A stretch of DNA of 64,000 bases from an uncultured Pseudobdellovibrionaceae bacterium (GTDB lineage: Bacteria; Bdellovibrionota_B; Oligoflexia; Oligoflexales; Bog-1112): positions 382,993 through 446,992 of the forward strand of contig CAZSXR010000001.1 of NCBI GenBank assembly GCA_964611335.1. The letters run 5' to 3'. The notes beneath the pieces are model-generated. The model saw only the letters and a program-made list of their open reading frames with translations. It had not been told where the DNA came from and searched no databases. This document shows positions 48,692 to 59,136 of the stretch, piece by piece (position 1 is the stretch's first letter; every line of letters begins with the position of its first letter). The position numbers were made by a program, and so were the translations under genes.

Positions 48692-49594
48692 ATGAAACTT
48701 CCAAAGCTCATTGCAATCGTAGGTCCTACAGCTAGTGGAAAGTCAAGACTTGCGCTTGAGCTTGCAAAGCAAATCAAAGGTGAAATCGTAAGTTGTGACT
48801 CCGTCCAAGTGTACAAAGGTTTTGACATAGGATCCGCGAAAGCTTCTTTGAAAGAACAGGGAGAAATCCCTCATCATCTCATAAATGTAGTGACATGGAG
48901 GGAATCTTTTGATGCTGCCCGTTACCGAGAACTTGCTTTGAAAGCTATAGAAGAAATTCAGAGAAGGAGTCATACACCGATATTAGTAGGAGGAACAGGT
49001 CTGTATTTTCGAGCTCTCTGTGGAGAAAAGTTTCACGATTTACCTAGTGATAGCGTTCTTCGTCAAGAGTTGAGTGCGTGGACTTCCGAAGTTCTTTATA
49101 GCAAATTACAGGAACTTGATCCGCTCCGTGCTAAAGAATTACATCCGAACGATCGCTTTCGCGTCATCCGAGCCTGTGAAATTGCAATGCTTACAGGTAA
49201 AAGTCTTTCAAGCCTTTCTCAAGATTCCACCATAGCTCCGTCCCACCCTTATACGATTCTTTGCAAACCTTCTCGTGAGTCTTTGCTCCGTGCTATAGCT
49301 CAACGGAGTAAGCACATGCTTGAGAATGGGCTCATCGAAGAAGTAAGCAGTCTTCTCAAAGAAGGGTGCCCGCAGTCTGCAAGACCTATGCAGTCTATTG
49401 GTTACAGTCAGGTATGCAAGTTTTTCAATGAGCTTATTAAAGAAGAACATTTACTCGAAGCAATCATCGTTGCAACACGCCAATATGCGCGCAAACAACT
49501 TATGTGGTTTCGTAAAGTTCCTATCGATAAGGTCATAGAAGATTCTCAAATTCTTGAAGGTAATTTGCTCAAACACTTAACGTCGAATGAGTGA
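48692..49594 (+). CDS. miaA: tRNA dimethylallyltransferase
   Basis: IAIVGPTASGKS P-loop, VSCDSVQVYKGFDIGSAK, and the conserved mutL-miaA order. Confidence 0.92.
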   Translation: MKLPKLIAIVGPTASGKSRLALELAKQIKGEIVSCDSVQVYKGFDIGSAKASLKEQGEIPHHLINVVTWRESFDAARYRELALKAIEEIQRRSHTPILVGGTGLYFRALCGEKFHDLPSDSVLRQELSAWTSEVLYSKLQELDPLRAKELHPNDRFRVIRACEIAMLTGKSLSSLSQDSTIAPSHPYTILCKPSRESLLRAIAQRSKHMLENGLIEEVSSLLKEGCPQSARPMQSIGYSQVCKFFNELIKEEHLLEAIIVATRQYARKQLMWFRKVPIDKVIEDSQILEGNLLKHLTSNE

Positions 49595-50098
49595 GAGATG
49601 AAAGCTCCGATCATCATGAAAATCGGGTTTTGAAGCAGGGTGTTCTAAAGCCCAATAGGATTTTTCGTGATCTGTAGTCGCCAAAATACAGGCAAGACCC
49701 AATTTCCCCTCTCTTTCAAGAAGTGGGATGGAGATTATACATTTCAAAAGATCGTAAGAATGTTCCCATGTCACAGAATGAGGAGACAGAGACGCTGGAT
49801 AAAGGCTTCGTATTCTGTACCGAGCAAATTGTGTGAACCACCAATCTCCAGATGGGGAAAAATTCCACTCGACATATTGGGGGGAACCTGGACTTTTCAA
49901 AAAAATTTCAAAACAAGTCGAATCCCACAACCCTTCTTTCATTTCAGGCTTCTTGTTTTTGGGAATGTTTAAAGAAGTAAGATTTCCTCGAATGAAAAGT
50001 TCACATTGCAGCATTGCATCTGTAGCTGAGAGGTTTCCATTAACCGAAAAGTCCTTGTTTTCTTTGAAAGGCAAAAGTTTAAAGCGGGTTTTATTCAT
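49577..50098 (-). CDS. hypothetical protein, possibly DOMON/CBM9-like
   Basis: LWDSTCFEIFL...YVEWNFSPSGDWW resembles DOMON-like CBM9 family blocks. This is weak and from memory only. Confidence 0.35.
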   Translation of the reverse strand: MNKTRFKLLPFKENKDFSVNGNLSATDAMLQCELFIRGNLTSLNIPKNKKPEMKEGLWDSTCFEIFLKSPGSPQYVEWNFSPSGDWWFTQFARYRIRSLYPASLSPHSVTWEHSYDLLKCIISIPLLEREGKLGLACILATTDHEKSYWALEHPASKPDFHDDRSFHLSLIRR

Positions 50099-50196
50099 AA
50101 ATTCCCCATAATTGGAATCTATTCATTCTAACAAATGCCGATAGAAGACGCAGGATAAACTTAAGGCTTAAATTAAACTTCGTAAGGAAATCGATT

Positions 50197-50715
50197 ATGC
50201 AATACAAAGAACATTGTATCAGTAACTTGGGAATAGGAACTTTGCTCAGCATTGGTTTGGGTGAACTGCAGTTGAGTTTGAACCTTCGCCTCATCTTTGC
50301 GTTTTCATTCATACTTGCAACTTTTTTTCTAAGTCCCGACTTAGATCTTTTCCACAGCGCTCCGTCCCGTAATTGGGGCTGTTTCAAAATCCTATGGTGG
50401 CCTTACACTAAATTGTTCAAGCACAGAGGGATAAGCCATGTCCCCATACTTGGTACAGGGAGCCGCTTTATCTATCTTTCAACTCTTGCGTACCTAGGAG
50501 TGCTGGTCTACGATGTTGTCACAGGGCTTCATGCTGGATCAACTATAGAGGGCAGTGAAGTTTTTAATTTCGGACTTACGAAAGCTAACGAGAGTATGGA
50601 TTTTTTCTCACAGAATCACGACCTATGTGTTTCTGCACTCGCTGGTGCCGCTGCTTCAGACTTAGGGCATTTGTTTGTCGATGGTTTCAGCTCCCTTTGG
50701 AAAAGGATCTTTTAA
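50197..50715 (+). CDS. membrane metal-binding protein (DUF2227-like)
   Basis: SPDLDLFHSAPSRNWG...WWPYTKLFKHRGISHVPILGT pattern. Four hydrophobic segments. Confidence 0.45.
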   Translation: MQYKEHCISNLGIGTLLSIGLGELQLSLNLRLIFAFSFILATFFLSPDLDLFHSAPSRNWGCFKILWWPYTKLFKHRGISHVPILGTGSRFIYLSTLAYLGVLVYDVVTGLHAGSTIEGSEVFNFGLTKANESMDFFSQNHDLCVSALAGAAASDLGHLFVDGFSSLWKRIF

Positions 50716-51620
50716 TGGCCCATCATCATGATCATACCCATCTTGGTCGAAAACTGTGGCTTGCCATACTTCTGAATACGTTCATAACAATTGCGCAAGT
50801 TGTGGGTGGTTTTTTTTCCGGTTCTCTATCTCTTCTTTCTGACGCCTTACATAATTTTAGTGATGTCATAGCGCTTCTACTCAGTTATTTCGCCGTACAC
50901 CTTGGCTCTAAGAGAAGCACACCTCAAAAAACATTCGGCTATAAACGCGGTGAAATTCTCGCGGCATTTCTCAATATCTCAGGTTTGTTAGTCATTGCTT
51001 TTTTTCTGGGAAAAGAAGCTATAAGCCGCTTTTTCTATCCGAGAGAAGTCGACTCTCTGACCATCATTGCGCTCGGTGGTTTGAGTGTTGTCATCAACTT
51101 TGTCAGTGTCTGTCTTATTCATAAGGAGGCAAAAAATAGTCTGAATATCCGCAGTGCCTATCTCCATCTTTTTTCAGATATTTTGAGCTCTGTGGCAGTT
51201 TGCCTTGGAGGTGTTATCATTTATTGGACCCAAGCTTATTGGGTCGACAGTGTTTTAAGTATGGGTGTTGCGTGTTATCTGCTTTACACATCGTGGCACA
51301 TTTTAATGGACATTATCCGAATTATTATGCACTTTACACCCGAGCATATCTGCTTGGAAGATCTCGAAAAAGAGTTGCTTAGCTTTCAAGATATTGAAAA
51401 TGTGCATCATATTCATGTTTGGAATCTGAACGACAAAGACATCCACTTCGAAGCTCATGTGGATTTTGTTAGCGATGTTTCCTTGAGTGAAGCTTCGCAA
51501 ATTATAAATCGAATGAGCCAAAGACTTCATGAAAAATTTGGAATCTCTCACTGCGTTATCCAACCTGAAATTGGAATTCATGATTCTAAAACATTGATTG
51601 TAACAGAATGTCATCTCTAG
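50715..51620 (+). CDS. cation diffusion facilitator family transporter (CzcD/ZitB-like)
   Basis: His-rich MAHHHDHTH, TM2 SLLSDALHNFSD, TM5 HLFSDILSS. The start overlaps the upstream stop (TAATG). Confidence 0.88.
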   Translation: MAHHHDHTHLGRKLWLAILLNTFITIAQVVGGFFSGSLSLLSDALHNFSDVIALLLSYFAVHLGSKRSTPQKTFGYKRGEILAAFLNISGLLVIAFFLGKEAISRFFYPREVDSLTIIALGGLSVVINFVSVCLIHKEAKNSLNIRSAYLHLFSDILSSVAVCLGGVIIYWTQAYWVDSVLSMGVACYLLYTSWHILMDIIRIIMHFTPEHICLEDLEKELLSFQDIENVHHIHVWNLNDKDIHFEAHVDFVSDVSLSEASQIINRMSQRLHEKFGISHCVIQPEIGIHDSKTLIVTECHL

Positions 51621-51629
51621 GAATTGAAT

Positions 51630-52349
51630 ATGACCGAATTTTTTACTTTTGAAAATCTTCTCGCATTTCTTACATTGGCAAGTTTGGAAATTGTCTTAGG
51701 TATCGACAACATCGTTTTTATTGCTATTGCTACGGAGAAAGTCCCTGAAGCTCAAAAGCCTTTTGCACGCAAAGCTGGGCTTTTTCTAGCAATGATTGAA
51801 CGCATTATCCTTTTATCCTTGGTCAGTTGGATAGCAAAATTAAGAACCCCCTTCCTTTCTTTTGCAAATTTCACATTTTCGGGAAGAGATCTCATCCTTC
51901 TTTTCGGAGGCTTGTTTCTCATATTCAAAGCAACAACTGAAATTCATAGACTTACGAGTGGTGAACAAGAAGAACAAACCTTAAGCTCTGCTAAGAGATC
52001 TTCTTTGATGTGGGTTCTCTTGCAGATCTTTCTCCTCGATACGATTTTTTCTTTCGATTCTGTCATCACAGCTGTTGGGATGGTGGATAATCTCCTCATT
52101 ATGATTCTTTCTGTGGTTTCTGCTGTGCTTGTGATGATGGCTTTTGCTCATCCTCTCAGTGAATTCATTCTCAAACACCCCACTCTGAAAATGTTAGCAC
52201 TATCCTTTTTGTTACTTATAGGTGTCTTTCTCATTGCGGATTCGTTTGGCAAACATATAGAAAAGGGCTACATCTATTTTGCTATGACGTTCTCTGCAAT
52301 GATAGAAGCTTTGAATCATCGCATGCGTAAAAAAACATCGAAGAGTTAA
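51630..52349 (+). CDS. TerC-family integral membrane protein
   Basis: LEIVLGIDNIVFIAI and LLDTIFSFDSVITAVGM motifs. Confidence 0.85.
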   Translation: MTEFFTFENLLAFLTLASLEIVLGIDNIVFIAIATEKVPEAQKPFARKAGLFLAMIERIILLSLVSWIAKLRTPFLSFANFTFSGRDLILLFGGLFLIFKATTEIHRLTSGEQEEQTLSSAKRSSLMWVLLQIFLLDTIFSFDSVITAVGMVDNLLIMILSVVSAVLVMMAFAHPLSEFILKHPTLKMLALSFLLLIGVFLIADSFGKHIEKGYIYFAMTFSAMIEALNHRMRKKTSKS

Positions 52350-52351
52350 AC

Positions 52352-52837
52352 ATGCAGATTTCTCTCATCGTTGCCATGGGGCTTCACCGTCAGATTGGGA
52401 TTGAAAATAGAATTCCTTGGAAGCTCTCTGCGGATCTGAAAAATTTTAAAAAACTCACCATGGGTCACACCCTTGTGATGGGTCGTAAAACGTACGAATC
52501 TCTAGGTAGACCTTTACCTGGTCGTAAGACTTTTGTGCTTTCTCGTGAGTGCAAAATTTCTTTTGAAAATTGTAAGAGTGTTGCAAGTTTACAAGAAGCT
52601 ATAGGCCTTGCAAAAAATTCAGGGGAGACGGAGCTGTTCATAGCCGGTGGATCTGAGGTTTACAAGCAAGGACTCCCCATTGTTCAACGCATCTATCTTT
52701 CTCGTGTCGATTACGACGGCGCCGCAGATACTTATTTCCCAGAATTTTCGACAGAAGCTTGGAAAAAAACTCACAGCGAGAAATTTGAAAAAATAGAGGG
52801 AAGTCCTGCTTGGACTTTCGAAATTTGGGATCGCTAA
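52352..52837 (+). CDS. folA: dihydrofolate reductase
   Basis: ISLIVAM...IGIENRIPWKL..DLKNFKKLTMGHTLVMGRKTYESLGRPLPGR. Confidence 0.92.
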   Translation: MQISLIVAMGLHRQIGIENRIPWKLSADLKNFKKLTMGHTLVMGRKTYESLGRPLPGRKTFVLSRECKISFENCKSVASLQEAIGLAKNSGETELFIAGGSEVYKQGLPIVQRIYLSRVDYDGAADTYFPEFSTEAWKKTHSEKFEKIEGSPAWTFEIWDR

Positions 52838-53538
52838 CCGAAGAGCGCTTCTTTCAAAATACGTTTGGCAATGATAGGTGAAGAGTTGATATAGCGACTC
52901 GGACAATTTTCAGGACGGTTTTTATCCGTAAGAAGACGATCGTAAATAGCTTCCAAAAGTTTGATCCCTGTATGGGGATCTTTGGAAGCAAAAAATTCGA
53001 TCTTATCTCTGTGAGCCATATCAGCATTCTTTGCCATATTTTTGAGAATCTCAATACACTTGTCTGGTCGTGAGATACTGCTCGCAGATTTACTAGTGTA
53101 ATAGGCAATGGGCAGCTCTTTTTTCAATTCAAGAACAGGTTTGAAAGGTTTTAAGTTTTTTTCAAACTTCTGAACCCTCAAACGCAAAGTTTGCCACTTT
53201 ACTCCATAACGGTGGAAGAGTTTGCCATCAAATTTGACGTTCACTTCTTCTTTCGTTACATAGCCCTGCCAGTTTAGGAAAATAGGACCAGAACCTTGCT
53301 CACGGAGGAGATTGGGTATATTACTCGCCACAATATCAAGATTGATGTGACGAAAATACCGACCCATAATAATACACGTGAACGAAGGGATCAGATCTTT
53401 CTGCCTAGAAGCCTCGTTAAAAAGTTCGAGGTGATCTTGGAAGTAAAACAGCTGTGCATCATGACCCAGAGAATTTTCCCATCCTTGTCGAACATCAGGA
53501 TTTTCATCAAGCAAACAAACGTAAGGCTTTAGCTTCAT
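52834..53538 (-). CDS. hypothetical protein (receiver-like N-terminus without an obvious phospho-acceptor Asp)
   Basis: The ORF is well formed. VCLLDENPDVRQ...FTCIIMGRYF only loosely resembles a CheY-like fold. Confidence 0.35.
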   Translation of the reverse strand: MKLKPYVCLLDENPDVRQGWENSLGHDAQLFYFQDHLELFNEASRQKDLIPSFTCIIMGRYFRHINLDIVASNIPNLLREQGSGPIFLNWQGYVTKEEVNVKFDGKLFHRYGVKWQTLRLRVQKFEKNLKPFKPVLELKKELPIAYYTSKSASSISRPDKCIEILKNMAKNADMAHRDKIEFFASKDPHTGIKLLEAIYDRLLTDKNRPENCPSRYINSSPIIAKRILKEALFG

Positions 53539-53658
53539 AATGCGCCCATTCTTTTTCTTCAGCTTAAGAAAGTGCGGTTTTTGGAAATACAATACCCGGT
53601 GACCTTGCAAGATCATAACTTTATTAGCAAAAATTTAAAGAAGAAGAAAGAGATTTTC

Positions 53659-54330
53659 TTAGTAAGGGCGACTCTCACTAAGATTTGTTGCATTGTATTT
53701 CATCAGATATTTGTTGAAAAAAGGAAAGAGGTGATCCCATTCATCAAGATTTGAAATAATTGTGAAGTTTAGATCTTTGTAAAAGTTTACAACCTTCGTA
53801 TCATCTTTATAAACGCTAAGAGTTAATTCTTTGCTAGGATGTGAGCACTTTTCAATTGCATGTTTCATCAACTCTCTGCCGTAACCCTGACCCTGTTTGT
53901 CTTTGCGTACGCACACGTTGAAAACCATCATGCTCCCGTGCGTAGCTTCATTCTCTTCATGACAATTGAAAAGACCAATAAGATCTCCGCGATCGCGCAT
54001 AATAAACGCGTTAGGCATCTCACCGAAATTTTGTTCTCTGTCTTTGTCCGAACTAGCGATAATATAATCTGCTTTTTTGGAAGCAATACCTGCATCTAAG
54101 CTTTCATACTTCATAAAATATCGGCGTAAGTTATCCTTCTTCGCTTTTGCAAAACAATCTTGGTGTATTTGAAAGAGAAATTTGAAGTCCCGATCATTTA
54201 AATCTTTGCGTAAAGGGTCATGGCTTTCAAAACTGAGCACCCTTTGAGATTTCAAGTAGCTCGCAAGAGCCGCACCTAAAATTCCAAGACTCGCTGTGAA
54301 AAATAAGAAGACGCGAATATTTTTTTTCAT
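53659..54330 (-). CDS. GNAT-family acetyltransferase with N-terminal signal/TM
   Basis: RKDKQGQGYGRELMKHAIEK motif A, and MKKNIRVFLFFTASLGILGAALA at the N-terminus. Confidence 0.7.
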   Translation of the reverse strand: MKKNIRVFLFFTASLGILGAALASYLKSQRVLSFESHDPLRKDLNDRDFKFLFQIHQDCFAKAKKDNLRRYFMKYESLDAGIASKKADYIIASSDKDREQNFGEMPNAFIMRDRGDLIGLFNCHEENEATHGSMMVFNVCVRKDKQGQGYGRELMKHAIEKCSHPSKELTLSVYKDDTKVVNFYKDLNFTIISNLDEWDHLFPFFNKYLMKYNATNLSESRPY

Positions 54331-54420
54331 CAAATATCCAGAAAATAAAAAAACGGCCCATGACTGACAGCCTGATCCGCCTGTTATTAGCACAATTTGA
54401 AGAGAAGAGCCTAGTTGGAT

Positions 54421-54711
54421 TTAATCTTTGCCAAAAACAGCGTCGACGCGTTGTCTCAATTCTGTCCCTGTTCTCCAGACAGGAAGGCGTTTTGCAGGAA
54501 CTTCAACTTCCTCTCCTGTTTTGGGATTACGGCCTACATAACTTTTATATTCTTTAACCGAGAAGGCGCCAAAGCCGCGGATTTCGATGCGGCCACCTTT
54601 GTTCAACGTGCTGGAGAGCGTGTTGAAGAATAGATCGACGAGTTCTTCTGCTTTGAATAATGTTATTCCTGCTCGTTCAGATAACTTTTCAATAAGTTCG
54701 GACTTAACCAT
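54421..54711 (-). CDS. ihfB: integration host factor subunit (IHF-beta-like, HU family)
   Basis: RIEIRGFGAFSVKEYKSYVGRNPKTGEEVEVPAKRLPVWRTGTELRQRV. Start at the internal ATG at 54711. Confidence 0.8.
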   Translation of the reverse strand: MVKSELIEKLSERAGITLFKAEELVDLFFNTLSSTLNKGGRIEIRGFGAFSVKEYKSYVGRNPKTGEEVEVPAKRLPVWRTGTELRQRVDAVFGKD

Positions 54712-54820
54712 GGATGACTCTCTCCTTGTTAAATAACGCGGAAGCTTAGGGTAAATATGTTCATGCTCTAATCTTACTCTTAATAGCTTAGATATCAAGA
54801 CCGTAGTATTTTAGACGCGC

Positions 54821-56269
54821 TTATTCTATCTTTCCGCATTCCAATTTTACATCACAGATGACAATGGGATGCTGCCCGCCTGCAGAACTTGCATAAATCC
54901 AATCCCAGCTTTGTCCCAGTAAAAAACCACCTACAGCACCAAGAATCCCAATCATAGACGGAACCATAATGACAAGATTAAACAACATGCCAAGTGTGGG
55001 CATAAAAGCTTCTGCGATAAGAGGACCTGAGAAAAGGCTGAAAGACATGAGGAGCACTATGGCAACTGCAATAAAAATCATGAGTGAGATAATAAAGGCA
55101 GCAAACCAACTGACAAGGCCCAGTATGATCGCAAGGTTTGAATTTGAACCACAACCCTGAGGACATTCATTATAAGTCAAATCATCTGTTGCTGTGCAGG
55201 TGCGAGTAATGTTGCTAACCCAACCTCCATCTCCATTTTGATTACAAGAGTGTGTTGAGGGAGGGTCTGAAGAGCTCCAAGAAGGACCTGCAGTGCTTGC
55301 AGTTTTTGTAATCATCTGCTGACAGATCGGATTCGAACTGTTGTCATGTCCCACTAAAATAAAACCTGGAGGACAAGCTATTTCTTCACTCTCACATAAA
55401 GGACCTTTTGCATTGACTTGCGGGAGGCTCGTTGAGGGATCTAAAAGCGGCCTGTAAGGTCGGAAACATTTGCATGCAAGAGTTCCTGTTAAGGCATCCG
55501 CACTTGCAACAGCTCCAATGTTACACTGCATTCCCACTATAGTGAGAGTATCTACACTGATCCACTGTGGCTTTCTTGGATAAGTTCCCAATTTGAAACG
55601 TTTGAATTTCGTATAAACTTCAGAAATTTCATAGCGGAATTGTATGGCTTCCGCAAAAGCACAGGAAGTCTGTGCTGGGTTCCTTTTACTGCATACAGGT
55701 TTGAAAAATACACGTACCCGTAATGGAAAATCCTGATTTCCAACTCCATTCGTGTCTCCTTTGAAATTGTAAGCAACATATTGCCCAGGATTTCTCATAC
55801 CCGCTAAAAAACAAGACATAGAACGGGATTTCCAAGGAAGGCTTTGTCCGGAGCTTGGACAGTTAGAATCTCCAACAGCATTGCCGAAAACATAAGACGT
55901 CTCAGGAAAGAGTAGAAACTCCATCCCTAAATTAGAATCAACTTTTGTGGAATCGCAGGCATTCCCACTCACGCCTGTTGCAGAAGTATAAGTTGAAGTC
56001 GTCATAGTTCCTGAAGGATTTCCCACACAGTCACGCAGCATGGCATTTCCCGGCAAGTCTATAGAAGGATCCACACTTTGAAGTATCACCTGTGGATTTG
56101 TTAGAAACAGTTCAATATTACGCGCAAGTTGGTCACGTGAAGCCTCTTTCTCATAAATTATGGTTTCCACCTCACGGTTGCTAAACATCCTTGTAACATA
56201 CAAAAGAACTGCAGAAGACAGAACAATAGCGAGCATTGCATAAGGGAGTGCGGCACCTTTTTGATTCAT
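54821..56269 (-). CDS. Cys-rich membrane protein, unknown function (N-terminal anchor, C-terminal multi-TM bundle)
   Basis: N-terminal hydrophobic helix AALPYAMLAIVLSSAVLLYV. About 20 Cys in the central region. Three or four TM helices in the last ~110 aa. Confidence 0.45.
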   Translation of the reverse strand: MNQKGAALPYAMLAIVLSSAVLLYVTRMFSNREVETIIYEKEASRDQLARNIELFLTNPQVILQSVDPSIDLPGNAMLRDCVGNPSGTMTTSTYTSATGVSGNACDSTKVDSNLGMEFLLFPETSYVFGNAVGDSNCPSSGQSLPWKSRSMSCFLAGMRNPGQYVAYNFKGDTNGVGNQDFPLRVRVFFKPVCSKRNPAQTSCAFAEAIQFRYEISEVYTKFKRFKLGTYPRKPQWISVDTLTIVGMQCNIGAVASADALTGTLACKCFRPYRPLLDPSTSLPQVNAKGPLCESEEIACPPGFILVGHDNSSNPICQQMITKTASTAGPSWSSSDPPSTHSCNQNGDGGWVSNITRTCTATDDLTYNECPQGCGSNSNLAIILGLVSWFAAFIISLMIFIAVAIVLLMSFSLFSGPLIAEAFMPTLGMLFNLVIMVPSMIGILGAVGGFLLGQSWDWIYASSAGGQHPIVICDVKLECGKIE

Positions 56270-56316
56270 ATAAACCTCTAAAAGAGTCTTATCTTCATTA
56301 TAATCGAATTTTACTC

Positions 56317-57198
56317 CTAGAGGCCTTTAGCTAACTCCTTTGCTAAAATTTTATGCCCTAATGCCGAGGGGTGAAATTGGTCTAGATAAAAAAAATCTTC
56401 CGTACTTTCCAAACCATAGTCCTTATAGTGAACTTCGAGTTTCTTGAAAAAATGAAAGAGATCCGGGTGGTGAATTTTGATCATTCGTTCTTTTTCAAGA
56501 GCAATCATGCGCTTTGACAGTCTCCAATTGTAAGAATCGATAAGAACTTCAAACACAAAATCAATGACCCCTTTTTCAAAAGAAAACCAGGAGAGCCCTG
56601 TAAAAATGCCAGCAAGACTCAAGAGAGTTTTACTTACAAGCGGTGTCGAATGAATCGGGACAAGATTCGGAATGAGAAAATTACGAGCACCCTTTCTCGA
56701 AAGACGAATAACAGCATCGTAAATATCTTCTATGACTTCTTCAAAGCGAAGCTCACTTACATCAAAGAGTAAAGACGTATTCATAAATTTGTTTTTAAAG
56801 TCGTTTGCTCCTATCCAAATAATATACAAAGCTGACGCATCTGCCTGATCCCTTGTTTTTTCAAGATAAGAGTGAACCTGTCCTCGTAATCCAGGTGTCT
56901 CTTCCGTTCCCCATCCACTCGTAGCTCCTGCAAAAGCAAAGTTATAACCACCTAATCGACTCGTCTTTAAATCCAGATCCCATTCTTCTGCAAGATGTTC
57001 CACCCAAACCTTTCCATTTGAAAAGCAACCTGAGGGATATAAAGCACAAAATATTGGTTTTTGAAGATAATCTTTCGGACATGCGTTTCCCATATCTGAA
57101 AGACTATCTCCAAAAACAACGATTTTAGAATAATCTGCATTTGCAAAATGAGAGAAGCTACACAACAAAATTAATAGAATTTTTTTTAACATAAGCAC
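56317..57198 (-). CDS. secreted SGNH/GDSL lipase-acyltransferase
   Basis: Signal peptide, then block I KIVVFGDSLSDMGN. The C-terminus DQFHPSALGH is the block V DxxH. Confidence 0.85.
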   Translation of the reverse strand: MLMLKKILLILLCSFSHFANADYSKIVVFGDSLSDMGNACPKDYLQKPIFCALYPSGCFSNGKVWVEHLAEEWDLDLKTSRLGGYNFAFAGATSGWGTEETPGLRGQVHSYLEKTRDQADASALYIIWIGANDFKNKFMNTSLLFDVSELRFEEVIEDIYDAVIRLSRKGARNFLIPNLVPIHSTPLVSKTLLSLAGIFTGLSWFSFEKGVIDFVFEVLIDSYNWRLSKRMIALEKERMIKIHHPDLFHFFKKLEVHYKDYGLESTEDFFYLDQFHPSALGHKILAKELAKGL

Positions 57199-57250
57199 CT
57201 TTCTTTCGATAAGCTTCTATCGAAGAAAGGGTGTGTCAGACGACAGATAT

Positions 57251-59047
57251 TTAAAGACTGTCCCTTGTGTCTATATTTTGTTGGTGCTCCTGAATGAGTC
57301 GAACTACGCGGTGTATCCTGTGGGTAATTTTTCGAATATTTGAGTGAGAAAGCCATGGCTTTAAACTCTTTTTCAAAATTTCAGGATGGCGATCTAACTC
57401 TAAAAGACGGAGATAAACCCGTTCGGAAGGCATCATTTTTTGTAGACGTCTCCAAGTCATAGGAAGAGGGAGGAAGTTTTTAAATGTAAATCCGTGGTCT
57501 ATCAAAATCATACGGCCATCATTTGCTAGGATGTAGTTGTCCACATTGCGGTCGTAATTGTCTATAAGCCAATCATAAAATTTCATATCGGATGTTTTTG
57601 TGACGCGACCTGTTGGCTTTTTAAACTTCGAAGGTTTGCTCCCATCGTATTCCAGCATGTCCCGAGCGCGTGTCGTATTTTCCGCAAAATACTGACAGGA
57701 ACCTGGTTGAAAATCTTTTACTTGAATTTTAACAGTAAGTGGAACGCCTCTGAGATCTAACAATCGGTCTATTACAGAGGCAGCTATTTCATTGCTTGAA
57801 CTTGTGATGAAAAAATCCACAGGGTTTTCCAAAGTAAGACCTGCAGGTTTTAAAACACAACGAGCTTGATCTTCGAACTGAACAACATGTGTGGTCCCCG
57901 CACCTCCTCCGAGCTTTTTTATAGACACAACTTTTTTAGGATCAAAAATATCCTTCTCAATCACAGCTTCCAAACGGTCCGCAAGCAGCGTTAAATTCTT
58001 CTCTCTCATGTTCCATGCTGCGTGTTGATATTGTGCTCTCAATAGGAAGTCGATGATTTCACCATCATGTCCATGGAAGTTTCTAAGTATGGAAACCTGT
58101 GTTTCCGTTTTCACATCAGGAATAGAAAACTGTGAAAATCGAAAGAATGGTTTTTGTCGAAGAGAAAGAGCACTCCATTGTGTATACAAATCTTGTTTGA
58201 GATCTCGATCTTCGAGATCCATAAGGTCCTCATTCCAATTTTCAATAAAATTCGATATGTCATCATCTTCAAATGAAGCAAGGATACTTACAATGTCAAA
58301 AACAAATTCTTTTTTTAAAGTGTCTGTTACGGAATTCACTGCTCGAATGATATCGACTTGTTGTACTTGCAAAGAAAGACCTTCGACCATGTCAATAAAA
58401 GGTTTAGAGAGAAGAAGACGATCAGGAAATCTCTGACTTGCAGAAACAAATTCACTTTGGAATGTTTCATTTGCACTTTTTAAGTTTTGTCGAATCTTTT
58501 CCAAAGCAGAATTTATAGAATGGATATCCTCTAAATTTTTTGGGTTGGAAGCAAGAATTTCTAACTCTTTAAGATATAAAGATCGATATTCAAAATAGCG
58601 AATTTTCATTTTTTCTACAGATTGGAATAAATTTCTTGCAGAAGTGGAAAGAAGTTTGTTTGAAGGGACATTGAACTCTTTTTTCTCATTTTTTAAAGAA
58701 GTTTGAAAAGTCATTTCTCTGAATGTCTGTTCGAATGTCGAATGGAATTCTTTATCCTCACACAGTCTGTTTAAAGAGCCAGAACAGATATGCCTCCATA
58801 GCGAGTTTTGTGTCACCTCACTATGCTTTTTATAAGGCATGAAAGCGCGGGGGAATTCCAAAAACAAACGTGTGTAGGATTCTAGAAAAAGAGTGAGAGT
58901 ATTTTGAGCTCGTGAATCTTCCCATGGAAAGTGGGTGATTTGAATAGTGGAAGCGATATTCCGAAGTTTTTCATAATTCGAAAGATCCTGCGTCGCAAAT
59001 ACGGTTGAAGAACACATTAAAAACAAAAACATCGAAATCCGCTTCAT
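57251..59047 (-). CDS. secreted protein with C-terminal type-II phosphatidylinositol 4-kinase-like (PI3_PI4 kinase superfamily) domain
   Basis: Blocks parallel my recollection of human PI4K2A. GGGAGTTHVV..CVLKP matches GSSGSYFV..AVFKP, SVIDRLLDLRGVPLT matches SLVDQKLELNIVPRT, and GSCQYFAEN matches GSFQLFVEG. DWLIDNYDRNVDNYIL matches DYIIRNTDRGNDNWLI, and ILIDHGFTF matches AAIDNGLAF. Signal peptide MKRISMFLFLMCSSTVFA. Confidence 0.65.
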   Translation of the reverse strand: MKRISMFLFLMCSSTVFATQDLSNYEKLRNIASTIQITHFPWEDSRAQNTLTLFLESYTRLFLEFPRAFMPYKKHSEVTQNSLWRHICSGSLNRLCEDKEFHSTFEQTFREMTFQTSLKNEKKEFNVPSNKLLSTSARNLFQSVEKMKIRYFEYRSLYLKELEILASNPKNLEDIHSINSALEKIRQNLKSANETFQSEFVSASQRFPDRLLLSKPFIDMVEGLSLQVQQVDIIRAVNSVTDTLKKEFVFDIVSILASFEDDDISNFIENWNEDLMDLEDRDLKQDLYTQWSALSLRQKPFFRFSQFSIPDVKTETQVSILRNFHGHDGEIIDFLLRAQYQHAAWNMREKNLTLLADRLEAVIEKDIFDPKKVVSIKKLGGGAGTTHVVQFEDQARCVLKPAGLTLENPVDFFITSSSNEIAASVIDRLLDLRGVPLTVKIQVKDFQPGSCQYFAENTTRARDMLEYDGSKPSKFKKPTGRVTKTSDMKFYDWLIDNYDRNVDNYILANDGRMILIDHGFTFKNFLPLPMTWRRLQKMMPSERVYLRLLELDRHPEILKKSLKPWLSHSNIRKITHRIHRVVRLIQEHQQNIDTRDSL

Positions 59048-59136
59048 AGCTTCCCCTCCGACTCAATACATCACGCCTTCCAAACTTTCTTGGGAACTAT
59101 GAAAAGTTTTGAGTGAGAGAAATCTAAGTCCGAAAC

